Source of the DNA: Entomortierella parvispora E1425 | Taxonomy: Eukaryota; Fungi; Mortierellomycota | Assembly: GCA_020891255.1 (NCBI GenBank) | Contig: BQFW01000008.1 | Coordinates: 806,001-870,000 of the forward strand | DNA: 64,000 nucleotides | Direction of reading: 5' to 3' | In this document: piece after piece, positions 13,501-24,531 of the stretch | Numbering within the stretch: position 1 is the stretch's first letter | Layout: every line of letters starts with the position of its first letter | Made by a program: the position numbers and the translations under genes | Notes under the pieces: generated by a model | Told to the model about the DNA's origin: nothing | Seen by the model: the letters and a program-made list of their open reading frames with translations, nothing else | The model's database searches: none

Positions 13501-16500
13501 ATGACCCAGCAGAGTCGGCAGCAACGCACCACTCGCTGGCTGCCAGTCTTCATCCTCGTCCTCCTCTGCACCATCCTCCTCCAACTGCTTGCCCGCAGTC
13601 GTTCCTTCTCCTCTCCGTCTACAGACGCCACCACCACCAAAAATAGCCCTTCCTGGCGGAGTAATACTCGCGACACTTTTCCCCTTGCTATCCTAGGGAA
13701 CGCCAACAGCCAGCGCCAGGACAGCATTCATGCGCCCACCAGGCGGAAGCAACCCTGGCACCACAGGGCAGACGACACCGGCACGGACACTGACCGCATT
13801 GACGACCTGGACGACAATGACGATCACTCGGGCGAAGGCAAGTCCCTCATGCTTGCAGAAGGGATCATGCCAGAGCTGACCAGCTGGGGCGAAGTCGCCA
13901 ATGAGGAGGAGGACGACCCAACGGGGGAGACTGCCTCCCCCACAACGCAGACATCCATTTCTGCAGAGCAACGGTCCAGAGGACTGGGCCAGCAACCGCA
14001 ACAGCTCCGGGTCAACATTGCTCAGACTATCTGCAACTCGATCACACCGCAGACATTGGGCCCCGGCTGGAATGGCTCGTTCGCCAGCAACTCGCCCGAC
14101 GGCGTGTACCCAAGTACAAACAGGTCCTGCACCTGGACCATTTACGCAGCAGCAGCTAATAATACTAGCCCAGGAGGCGCTAGTCCCACTCCCAAGTCCA
14201 GCGGCCTCGCCGTTGAGTGGAGACACCAAAGCAGTCGCGACCTCTCCTTATATTGTCGCGCTGACTTTCTCCACACCCATTCAACTCGTCTGCGGGTAAG
14301 GCAACAATGACCACGAGGAGAAGGGGGTGGAGACCATGGAGGATGACAAAGGGCCAAAAAGAAAAAGAAAAAAGCCGTTGTGAGTCCCTGCCTGATGCCG
14401 ACTGACCCTTTTTTTTGTTCCCTTGATCCCTTTCTTATCTCAAGGATCGACTATCTGACGCTGTATGACGGCCCTGACGCGACATGGCCCGTGATTGCAA
14501 CGCTTTGCGGAAACATCTGGATGGACACGATACCGACCTTGTATTCGTCAGGACCAGTCATGACCGCTGTCTTTTCATCCCAGGCAAACACCCCTGGATC
14601 GTTCGGATTCACAGCAGTGTGGTATTCGACTCGTAAGGCAGTGCTGGGAAACGCGATGACGCGCCGTTTTGTTTGTTCTTATTTTGCCCAATGGGTGAAC
14701 AAGGGCTGTTGTCTAATTCTGGATGTTTTGATGCCTTCCCGACTCTTCGTCTGATAGTGCCATGTTCAGTGTGTGTGCCCTCAGGGAGAGGAACCTGCAG
14801 TGCAAACACTTGTGTCTGCAATAGCAAGACGAGCGGCGTGGTTTGCGACCAAGGTACACGGAGATCTGTTTTATTTTTACCACTAGTGGCGCACCCAGTT
14901 GAATAATTCTTAAAATACATTCCCCCTTTTTATGTTTTCTAGACACGGCAGGATTCAAGGACTTTTTACCAAGGTCGCTACATGCTATGGCATATGATCC
15001 TGCCAAGGACATGGTCTATATCACTGGCGGAACAAATGCGCAAAACGTGTACTTGAGCGTATTAGACGTGCTTACCTACAACTTTGGTAAGTTCAGGGAA
15101 TGATTCATTTGATTTCAGAATTTCAAAATAATGGGCTTTCCTCTCCTTTGGGTAATCAAGGCTGGTAGCCATGTGTCTCTGTGGAGCTAACACTTACCCC
15201 TTGGAATTGCGTTTCATAACAGACAGTAACAGATGGAACCAGATCACAGCCACAACCAGTGGGCAAAAGGTCCCATACGCGCGATACGGCCATTTCGCCT
15301 TTATCTACGACGGCGAGCTCTATATATATGGAGGCGTGTCTGTCATTGGAGGAATGGCGGATATCTGGAAGTTCAACGGGAAGCAATGGCTGCCTCAGAC
15401 GCCTTACAACCAGGAACTACTGCCTGTTGGCAGGGCAGGCGCCGCCTGTGCATTGGTCACCGTCAACAATTCAACACAGTTGGTATCCTTTGGCGGCCTC
15501 GACTCCAGTAACAACACTGCACGGGACCTGTTTATGTATGATCTCAATACATCCATGTGGAAACAGTCGGCGCACAAGAACTCTGTTGGGTTGGCAGGCG
15601 CCAGTGCAGTATATCACAAAGCCACAGAGTCGATTTATTTCTTTGGCGGCATGGTCAACCAAACCACTCGAAACACTGTCGTGTTCCAGTACTCTATTCA
15701 ACAGGATCTCTGGTACGAGTTGGCGCCTCGTATCGATCCCCTTACTGCCACGCCGGTGACCCCCTTGAATGGGCAAGAGCCCTCCAACCCCTTCAATACC
15801 ACCAACGGCGACGGATACGATTCCGGGGAGGATAGCAGTGAACTTCAGAGCAATACCACCACTTATTTGCCACCGGTCATGTATGATCCCTTATCTGGAG
15901 TTTGGGCACCAGCCAGTCTCGCAGGCGACGATACGGTAGTGATATACGGAGGAATGAGGCCCTTCGGACCCGGCGTCAATGTCCGCGACCAATCCTGCTA
16001 TATCCGGACCATATCGTTTTATGATCTTTGTAAGTTGTGAAACCAAATAGCTTTTACGATGGGGCAGAGCATTCATTACGCGATAGAAAAAAAAAGCTAA
16101 CATGATATAACATTGTGTTATAGCCTGTCAAAAATGGACATCTTATGAAGCAGCAGATTTGGGAGGAGTCCTGTACAGCCGTGTCAATCATACAATGGTG
16201 ATTCGTCCACCTGGGTCGCAAGGTGGAAGCAAAACCTCTTATACCGGTACGCGACAGACCCTCGAGCAGCTATTGTTTTCCTTGCAAGAATCCAAAAACT
16301 AACATGACTTATTTTACTGTCGATTACATAGCCTATGTCTTTGGAGGATTCGACGGCATGTACCATTCTGACATGCTGAATATTACTTTGACTGTACCGA
16401 CACCACCACCCACGCCCGCGGAAATCAACACTTGCCGAGGTATCAATTCAATAATTGTTGAAGGAGATAATGTTGTATTTATTTCCGCCTTTATCTAATA

Positions 16501-19226
16501 TATGCTCTTCTATCGTAGCTTTGAGATGGTGTGGTTATTATGACGACTGTCAGTACTGCAATGCAAACTACTGCTCTTATGTTGGAGGTCTGTGTCTTTT
16601 TGACACGGACAAGGCCAAAGCGCCCTTGAGTCCGTCGTCCCCACCGTTCCTCCTAGGCACTTCTGCCGATATACCCAAGAATGGTACTCTTCAAGATCTC
16701 ATTCGGCAACGGCCCGACCTCAAGTCACAGATTATCACACCCGATCAATGTCCAATCCGTCTGCTACTTCAACTGGGCACCACCTACTCCAACTCTATTC
16801 AGTCGGGACAGGAGATGACATTCAACATCTACATTGACTCGCCCAATCTGGACATTCAATATGAGATCAGGACAAATCCGGTGCAGACTCTCAACTTCAA
16901 GACATTGAACGTCTGGGAGGGATTTATGAACATGTATTGGCGCGCAGATCACGGATTGACGGACAATTCCTGGAATGGTTACTCGTGGACGTCCTCGCCC
17001 ATACCACCGGATGCGACCGACAACAATGGTACCGATGAGGCTGTGATTACTCCCGCTGGGGTCTTGAACGTGAGCGAGCTCGAGAATCGATGGCAGCGGT
17101 ATGCAGGATTGGATAACTCACCTACGTCTTCGGCTTTGACGGCGGCCACCACTTCCTACATTTACTTTCCGGCTGACGATCCCAGGCGATTCTCAGGATA
17201 CTACGTCTTTTCATTGACCAACAATCATTCTTCTGCAATGTCGTTCACGCTCACCGTGTCGTTGCTGGATCGACCAGCACCCGTGGGACCCAACACGGGA
17301 TCGAAATTCAACTTGGCGACTTTGGGTTATTTCATGGTGGGTTTCATGTTGTGTGTCATGCTATTGATCGTGCTTGGACGCAAGATTCGACAGTTTCTGG
17401 AACGGCGTGATCTGGAGATGCGTGCGGCAGCAGAGGCAAGGATGTTGGAAGAAGAAGAAGCAGAAGCAGAAGAGGAGGAGCGTCGGCGGTTGGCGATGGC
17501 ACTCCGGGGTGAGAATGGAGGGGATATGAAGGACTGGAAGCCCATGTACAAGGTTGTGGTTGGGGTTCAAGCAAAACGACAACAGGACCGGTTTGAGGAC
17601 GAAAAGGGCTGGTCCAGTTCAAGGAATCTGTCGACAACTTCGCTTCTTTCGCCTCGCTCTGCTGGTCGGGGCGCCTCAGGCAGGACGTCCAGGAAGGCAT
17701 CCATGTCGCTGTCAGCGTCAGCGTCAGCAGTCGGCGATTCTCCACCAGACGATTTGCCTCGGTCTCAATCGGATTCTTGTGTTCCAAAGGAGGACTCGGA
17801 CGCGAGACCGAAATCCGATTTCATTCGTGACTTAGGATCCACCCCACAGCACTCTACAGGAGGAGACTCGTCGCTCAGGAGCATGACGGCGTCAGGAGTG
17901 AGCATGGATGCGGTCCATGAAGAGGAGGACTTGAGACAGTCTGGCAACAAAGAGTCTAGTCATGGATCCACAACGTCGTCCAAAAAGATTTCTATCCGAC
18001 TGGATCGTCGCCCGAGCCACACCAGTCAAGGTCTGCACCATCCTTCCCATGGACTGCAGGATGACCTGCGCGTGGGATCTGCGGCTGGAGTGCAACGAGG
18101 TTGGTCTCTAAAGAGTCTGAGCAGGTCCACGTCTTTGAGGAGGATCCGGGATCAATCCAAAGTCAACCCAGAGGAGATAGAGGGGCTTACCAGTCAGGAT
18201 CAAGTACGCATGTCACCAGAGTTGGACCAGCAGCAACTACAGCAGCAGCAGCAGCACCAGCAGGGCAACGACTCTGAGCAGGAAGTGATTGAGCTGGATG
18301 TGTTGTCTCGACAAAGAAGTAGACATGGACATGATGCCATGTATGCTCACCCATCCGACGCTTCTCAATGGGAGCTGAGTCAACTGTTACGGCAGCAACA
18401 GCGCAGGAGAAATCCTATTCGAGTTCAACCAATCTCGATAGAGCCATTGCCTTTCCACGGAGGTCTGGTGGCCAGGACTCGAAGGAATTTCAAGCGCTAC
18501 CAGAGACATTTGGCAAGATCAGCAGCAGCAGCTCAAGGACAGGCCCAGTACGAATACGAGGAGGAGAGAAGGAAGTATTCATTAAGGAGAGCCAACTTGT
18601 CTCGATCTTCGGCTGGATCATTACGGAACGCCCACGGCGCTGCTTCCAGGATGGCATCCCTGACACGGAAAGCCACGAACAGTACAGCTGGCGCCTATGA
18701 CGACTGTCAGGAGGCTGTGGTCGACATCCCGTTCTCGGAGGAGGAAGGAGGTCCCGTCGATCATGGTGCCACCACCGCTGCCGCCTCTGGATCGGGTCAG
18801 TTTGCATCAGGTACCCCCAGTCAACGGAAGGAAGGACGAGAGTTGCCAAAAAGAAAACCGATTCGGATGCGTGGACGACAGGAATTTGAACCGGGTCCAT
18901 TGTTGGCGCTGAATGTTTTAATTGTCTTTCCTGGCGATGCGGGCACCCGACCTGTCCAACGGCTGGGTGATGAGGATGCAGAAGGGGACAGCGATGGTGA
19001 TGGCCATGATGTTACGCCCCCTCGCAAAAAGACAGGGCCCTGGGCGAGTAGTGCAGCGACAGGACTGGATTCTGTCAATGAAGACCAACGTTTGCCACCT
19101 ATGGCGATCGGAACGGTATTCGTGCCGGATCCTGTACGATGGTGGGCCTACAAGGCTCAGCAGCAACGGGATCGAATGCACATCGATATCCAGATGAAGA
19201 AAAAGAGTAGCTTTCACAACTACTAG
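13501..19226 (+). CDS. Attractin/MEGF8-like type I membrane protein (N-terminal hydrophobic segment, CUB, EGF-like, Kelch repeats, Cys-rich PSI-like region, TM, long cytoplasmic tail); frame break in exon 1
   Basis: Exons 13501-14295, 14445-14632, 14758-14853, 14943-15086, 15223-16029, 16124-16246, 16332-16439, 16519-19226. CUB: YPSTNRSCTWTI, CGIDYLTLYDGP, GFTAVW. EGF: CSVCVPSGRGTCSANTCVC..C. Kelch: RYGHFAFIYDGELYIYGG, YFFGG, YVFGGFDG. PSI-like: WCGYYDDCQYCNANYCSYVGGLC. TM: LGYFMVGFMLCVMLLIVLG. Every junction is in phase except within exon 1. Confidence 0.8.
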
Positions 19227-19439
19227 TTGGGCAACATCATCGCTACCCCCCCCCCCCCCATCCGCTCACTCATTCTCCTCAAAATAAAAGATACCCCCCA
19301 CCTATTGCATCTCAATTCTGTTTCTGTTTCCTTTTTTTTTTCTTGCTTTTTTCATTATGGTGTCGTTAGAAAAGATTTGACTTGGTTGGGTTGCTATAGA
19401 GATGTAAATATCCGAGATCAGACGTCGTCGGCGTTGTCG

Positions 19440-20330
19440 TTAGGCGAGCCGGCTGGGTCGAGACTTGAAGTTGAACCATTCCAGTACGAGAATGAACAGC
19501 CAGACGCCGCCCATCAATCCGGAACAGACTTGGGCTACATAGAGAGCTGTGCAAGAAAGAACGTGAACAACTTCATTAGGTCATCTTTTTTTTTATTTCC
19601 CTTGTCCCATCTTTCTTTTCTTTTTCTCTATTGCAGGCCTTCTTGAAAAAAAAACAAGGGCAACAGAGGGAGCAACTTACATGAAAAGTTGTTGCTCGAG
19701 CGACACAAAGCGAGCGATAGATTGGGCAGAATGGATTCGCATCCTTTTTTCAGACCAATCCCAATCTCACCCGTGATCGCGAACGAGAACAAGGTCAGGA
19801 ACAAGGACGCGGCCAGAAGCGAGATCGATACGTTCCTGGGTGCATACTCTTCCTTGCGTCGAAGGACCATGATCCCCAGGGCCATGAAGACGAGTGTAAA
19901 GAGGCAAATAACGGCTGCTGCCACGATGGGGAAATGACAGTAGGCTGGAAATCATTTTTGCCACCAAAAAAAAAAACGACAAAAAAAAAGTCAATATCAC
20001 TTTGGTCATCAAGACAAGGATGTCTGCTGGGTGTATCTCATCTTTCTTTTGAATCCCCATTCCACTTCTCCCTTCTGGTGGAAAACCAAAACGATGAGTG
20101 GGGTATTGTTTCCCCCGCGCGTATCAACTCTTTTTTCTCTTACCATTCTTGTAATGTGGGACGTCCTTGTCGTCGATGGTGATGTAGAGTAAGCAACCTT
20201 TCTCCAAGTTCTCGAACGAGATGCTACCGTTGACGCCGATGGTGCCCATGATGACCAACGTGAGCAAGAAGACGATGAGGAAGAAGACTGTTTGGGTCCA
20301 GAGTCGAACCCTTGGAGGACTGGAGAACAT
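19440..20330 (-). CDS. Small four-TM protein, 185 aa, TMEM179/MARVEL-like, 3 exons
   Basis: Exons 20144-20330, 19681-19944, 19440-19546 (558 nt, phases consistent). Four hydrophobic helices, with paired Cys in loop 1 (GCLLY...YCHFPI) and loop 2 (KGCESI...LC). Confidence 0.75.
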
Positions 20331-21120
20331 GGTGGTTTGAACGAGTGAGGGTGGATGTTGAGAGGGAAGGTGGGTTAGGACCAGCAATCGTTTATCCTTG
20401 GGTCAGTTGCCACTTCAAAAAAAAAAAAAAAAAAAAAAAAAAGAGGTGTGAGAGAAAAAAAGAGTTGAAAGAACAAGAAAAAAAGAAGGAGATGAAGAAG
20501 AGAGGAAGAGAAAAAAGGACTCAATGGGAAAGAAAGGAGGGTTCCTGGTGGAAAAAAAAAGAAAAAGAAAAGAAAAAAGAGTGGGAAAAGAAGAAAGTCG
20601 GATGATCGCCCCTTGCAAAAAGTCGCGGTTGAGCGGTGATTTCTCTATTTCTCTGTTTCTCTTCTCAATCTCCTTTTCTCTCCTCTCTCTCTGTGTGTGT
20701 GCGTGTGGTGGGTCCTCGGGGACAAACAAATTGATGTCCGTTGCGTTGCAGATATTGGGCAACACAAACAAACAACCACACCGTCTGAAACCCTGTTTTC
20801 ACAAAAATAAAATATACAAAAAAACCACAATCCGCAGGCACCGGCAAGCAGTGCCCTGGCAGGCTGGCGGTCGGGTACGCATTCTTGTCGCATGAGTCGT
20901 ATTTTCTCTAGGGGATTTTTGGTTCTTTTTATTGTGTCTAGCGCTGCACCGTCTAAGAAGGGTGGTTATAGATACGCGGGAGGTTTTTTTCGTTCATAGA
21001 TTCGTAACATGTGTAGAGTATTTTTTGTACAGAGGTAGGGTGAGAGTGCGGGAACAGAAAAAAAAAAGAGCAATTGATAAAGAAAAGGGGATGAAAAGAA
21101 GGCAAGAAAAGGTGTTTTTT

Positions 21121-23639
21121 TTACAACGAGGCAGAGGTCGAGGAGGGAGGGTTCTCGTGGTTGATGTACTTTTCATCCTGGGCCGTCACCTCAGTGCCCA
21201 GCAACTCGTGCAACTTGTCCTGGAAAGGACGCTTGCCCAACAAACGCTCCATATCCGCCCGGTTCAAGACCTCCTTCTCCATCAACAACTGGGCCACCTT
21301 TTCCACATCGGCTCTCTTTTCCGTCAAGAGATCCGTGGTGCGACGGAAGGCCTGACCAATCAAGGTCCGGACGCGAGTATCGATGATCTGTCCCGTCTTT
21401 TCACTGTAGGGTTTCGTGAACTGATCCTTGTTGTCCTGGTTTCCGTATGAAAGAGGTCCCAACTCATCGTCCATACCGTATGTAGCCACTAACAAAAATA
21501 AAGATATAAAAAACAAGGTTAGATGTCATTACGCATGGATCGCTTGTGTCTTGTTTGAACGACGCGTTGTTTTCTCCCTTTCTTTTTACCTTGAGCATAG
21601 GCCATCTTTGTGACCTTTTGCAAATCGTCCTGGGCACCAGTGGTAATGGTGCCAAAGAAGATGTGCTCCGAGACGCGACCACCCAGAGTCATGCACATGC
21701 GGTCCATCAATTGCTGAGTCGAGTACAGGTACTGGTCCTTGGGCAAGTACTGAGCGTAACCAAGAGCACCGACGCCACGGGGAATGATCGAGACCTTGAG
21801 CAAAGGATCGGCGTGCTCCAAGTACCATCCAGCAACAGCATGTCCAGCCTCGTGGTAAGCCACAGTCTTCTTTTCCTCAGGTGAGAGGACCTTGGACTTC
21901 TTCTCCAAACCAACAATGACGCGCTCGATCGCGGCCTCGAAATCAGCCTCGACCACAGTCTCCTTTCCGTGACGGGCAGCGATCAACGCAGCCTCGTTAC
22001 AAACATTGTGCACATCTGCTCCCGAGAATCCTGGGGTCAAAGCAGCGAGCTTTTGAGACAACTTTGGAATATCCTCGTCGGTCTTGATAGGTCCAAGGTG
22101 GACCTTGAAAATGTCCTGACGACCCTTGATATCGGGGCGATCAATAGCGATGTGACGATCGAAACGACCAGGACGCATCAAAGCATCATCCAGAACATCG
22201 GGACGGTTGGTACCGGCCAACACGACAACGTGTTCATTCGAGCCGAATCCGTCCATCTCGACCAAAAGCTGGTTCAGTGTGCTCTCACGTTCATCATTGC
22301 CTCCAAACTGACCGCCCTTGCCACGGGCCTTTCCGATAGCATCAATCTCGTCCACAAAGATAATGCAAGGCGCATGCTTCTTTGCATTCGCAAACAGATC
22401 CCGGACACGCGAGGCTCCAACACCGACAAACATTTCCACGAATTCCGATCCAGAAACGCTCAAAAAGGGTACACCGGCCTCGCCTGCAGTGGCCTTGGCC
22501 AAAAGGGTCTTTCCGGTTCCGGGGGGTCCACTGAGGATTGCGCCCTTGGGGATCTTGGCGCCCAACTTTTCATAGGCGGCAGGGTTCTTCAAGAACTTGA
22601 CAAACTCCATAATCTCGAGCTTGGCTTCATCCATGCCGGCCACATCCTTAAACTTGACAGCAATGTCGGTCTCTTGGTTGAACATCTTGGCCTTGGATTT
22701 ACCCACACCAAAGATACCCGATCCACCACCGGCACCACCGGCACCCTTCTTGGCCATGAAGACCAAGACACCGATCATCAACAAGGTGGGTGCAAAGTGG
22801 AGCAACGTGCCCAAGACATTGACCTCATCACGGAACGAGACTGGAATACGCTCCGATCCGGGAATACCCAGCTCGGCCTGAGCCTCCTCCAACTTGCGCT
22901 CAAAGGCCTCGACCGAGCCAATGCTGAAGGTATAAGTCGTTCCATGAGCCTGACCCAATGTTCCGGGGATCTGAGAAGGGGCATCACCACGGAGGTAGAC
23001 ACGAACACGGTTCCTGTTCAGGACCACCAAGCGATCCACCAAGCCACGATCCAAGAAAGTGGACCGGAACTCTTGCCAGGTGATCTCTCTGAGGTTATCG
23101 GAGGGGGACATGGCCTTGTAAAGAACATAGGATGTAAAGGCCAAAGGCAAGACGGTGCCTGGGTTCAAGGTCATGCTGTAGAACTGACCCTCGGGAGGTG
23201 GCGTGGGCTTACGGCCACCGCCGATAGGCTGCTGTGGTTGTTGTTGCCTGTTACCGCTATTGTTGTTGTTGTTGGATCGGTTCGAGTTGGTATTATTGTT
23301 GGTGTTTCTGTTACCAGCAGGGTTGTTGCCTCCGTTCTTGGTGGCCTGGCCATTGTTCTCGAGTTGCTTTGCGGCATCTCGAAGCATCTTGCCAAAAAAG
23401 TTTTCGATCGAGGGAGGACCATCGTTGTTGTTGTTGTTGTTGTTGTTGTTTCCGTTGTTTCCGTTGTTGTTGTTGCCCTCCTTGGGGTTCTTTGGGGGCT
23501 GCTTCTCAGAAGAGAAGAATCGGGTGCGGATGCGCTGTGGGTGAGGGTGCTGATTGACCAGGGAGTAAGATCTGGCGAGCAGTCGAGAGCATCTTCCTCC
23601 GGCGAGGGAGGATGCAGCCCTGGAGAAGGATGAGCTCAT
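21121..23639 (-). CDS. AFG3: Mitochondrial m-AAA protease subunit (AFG3/YTA12/AFG3L2 family), ~805 aa, 2 exons
   Basis: Exons 21590-23639 and 21121-21488. Presequence-like N-terminus, two TMs, [11 protein letters not shown], Walker A GPPGTGKT, Walker [19 protein letters not shown], zinc motif [16 protein letters not shown]3 versus YTA12 cannot be resolved by eye. Confidence 0.93.
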
Positions 23640-23865
23640 GAGGGAGAAGGGAGGAAGGGGAGGAGATGGACAAAGAAAAGAGATGAATGAATAAAAGAAG
23701 AAAGAGAAATGAATGAACAAAAGAAGAAAAGAGAAGAGAGAGAAGAGAAGAGAGAGCAGGGAGCGCAGTGGCAAAAAAAAAAAAAAAAAGAGAGTGCGAG
23801 AACAGAGAGAGGAGGAGGAGCAAGAATCGACTGTGTGTGTGTGTGTGTGTGTTGTGTGCCTGGGA

Positions 23866-23945
23866 GTGAAAGTGTGCAGTTCTGCAGTAGTGTGCAGTGT
23901 GTGCAGTTGTGTGCAGTTCTGCAGTGTGCAGGTGAAAGTGTGCAG
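23866..23945. repeat. Array of six GTGTGCAG and two TTCTGCAG units in the AFG3/KH divergent intergenic region
   Basis: GTGTGCAG starts at 23872, 23890, 23899, 23909, 23924 and 23938. GTGAAAGTGTGCAG occurs twice (23866, 23932). Confidence 0.8.
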
Positions 23946-24531
23946 ATCGGTCGGAGTGTGTGGGATATGATACATACTCGAGTCAACGAAAGGTTGCCAG
24001 CCAGAAAAGGAGAAAAAATCACTGGGGGCGTGCGTCACCTTTGGGTGTCTTCTTCTTGGTCCTCTTCTTCTTCTTCTTCTTCTTCTTCTTCTTCCTGGCG
24101 TTGTTCTCTGTCTTCCTTCTTGTACATGTACATGTATCCTTCATCTGTGCAAACACCGTCTTAGAAGACACATCCCGCTGTTCCTTGTTCCTGTTCCTGT
24201 TCCTGACCCCACCCTGCTTTGCCACCAAATTGTGTCAACACACCCTTCCTCGCAGTCACACTCACGCACGTGACTAAAGGACCCTTTGACCTTTCCTTCC
24301 ATTCTGCTCCAATAATATTTTTCACCTTGTGCGCTTCCTTTGTCTTTTTTCTTCCTTACGCCTTCTCTTGTTTTTGTTCACTCCATCTTCATCCTCTCTC
24401 CTCCTCCTCCTCCTCCTCTGTCCGTCCGTCCCGCCTCTCCCCCTCTCTCTCTTCATCTCCTCCTCCTTCATCACCCCTGTCCTCCCCCTCTCCCTTCAAG
24501 CTCCCTCTCTCTTTTCCAGCCAACTTTCAAA

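Noticed and set aside
21969-23633. 554-aa + strand ORF
   Set aside because: Antisense shadow of AFG3, expected from its biased codon usage. The same applies to ORFs opposite PMC1, the KH gene and SCYL3.
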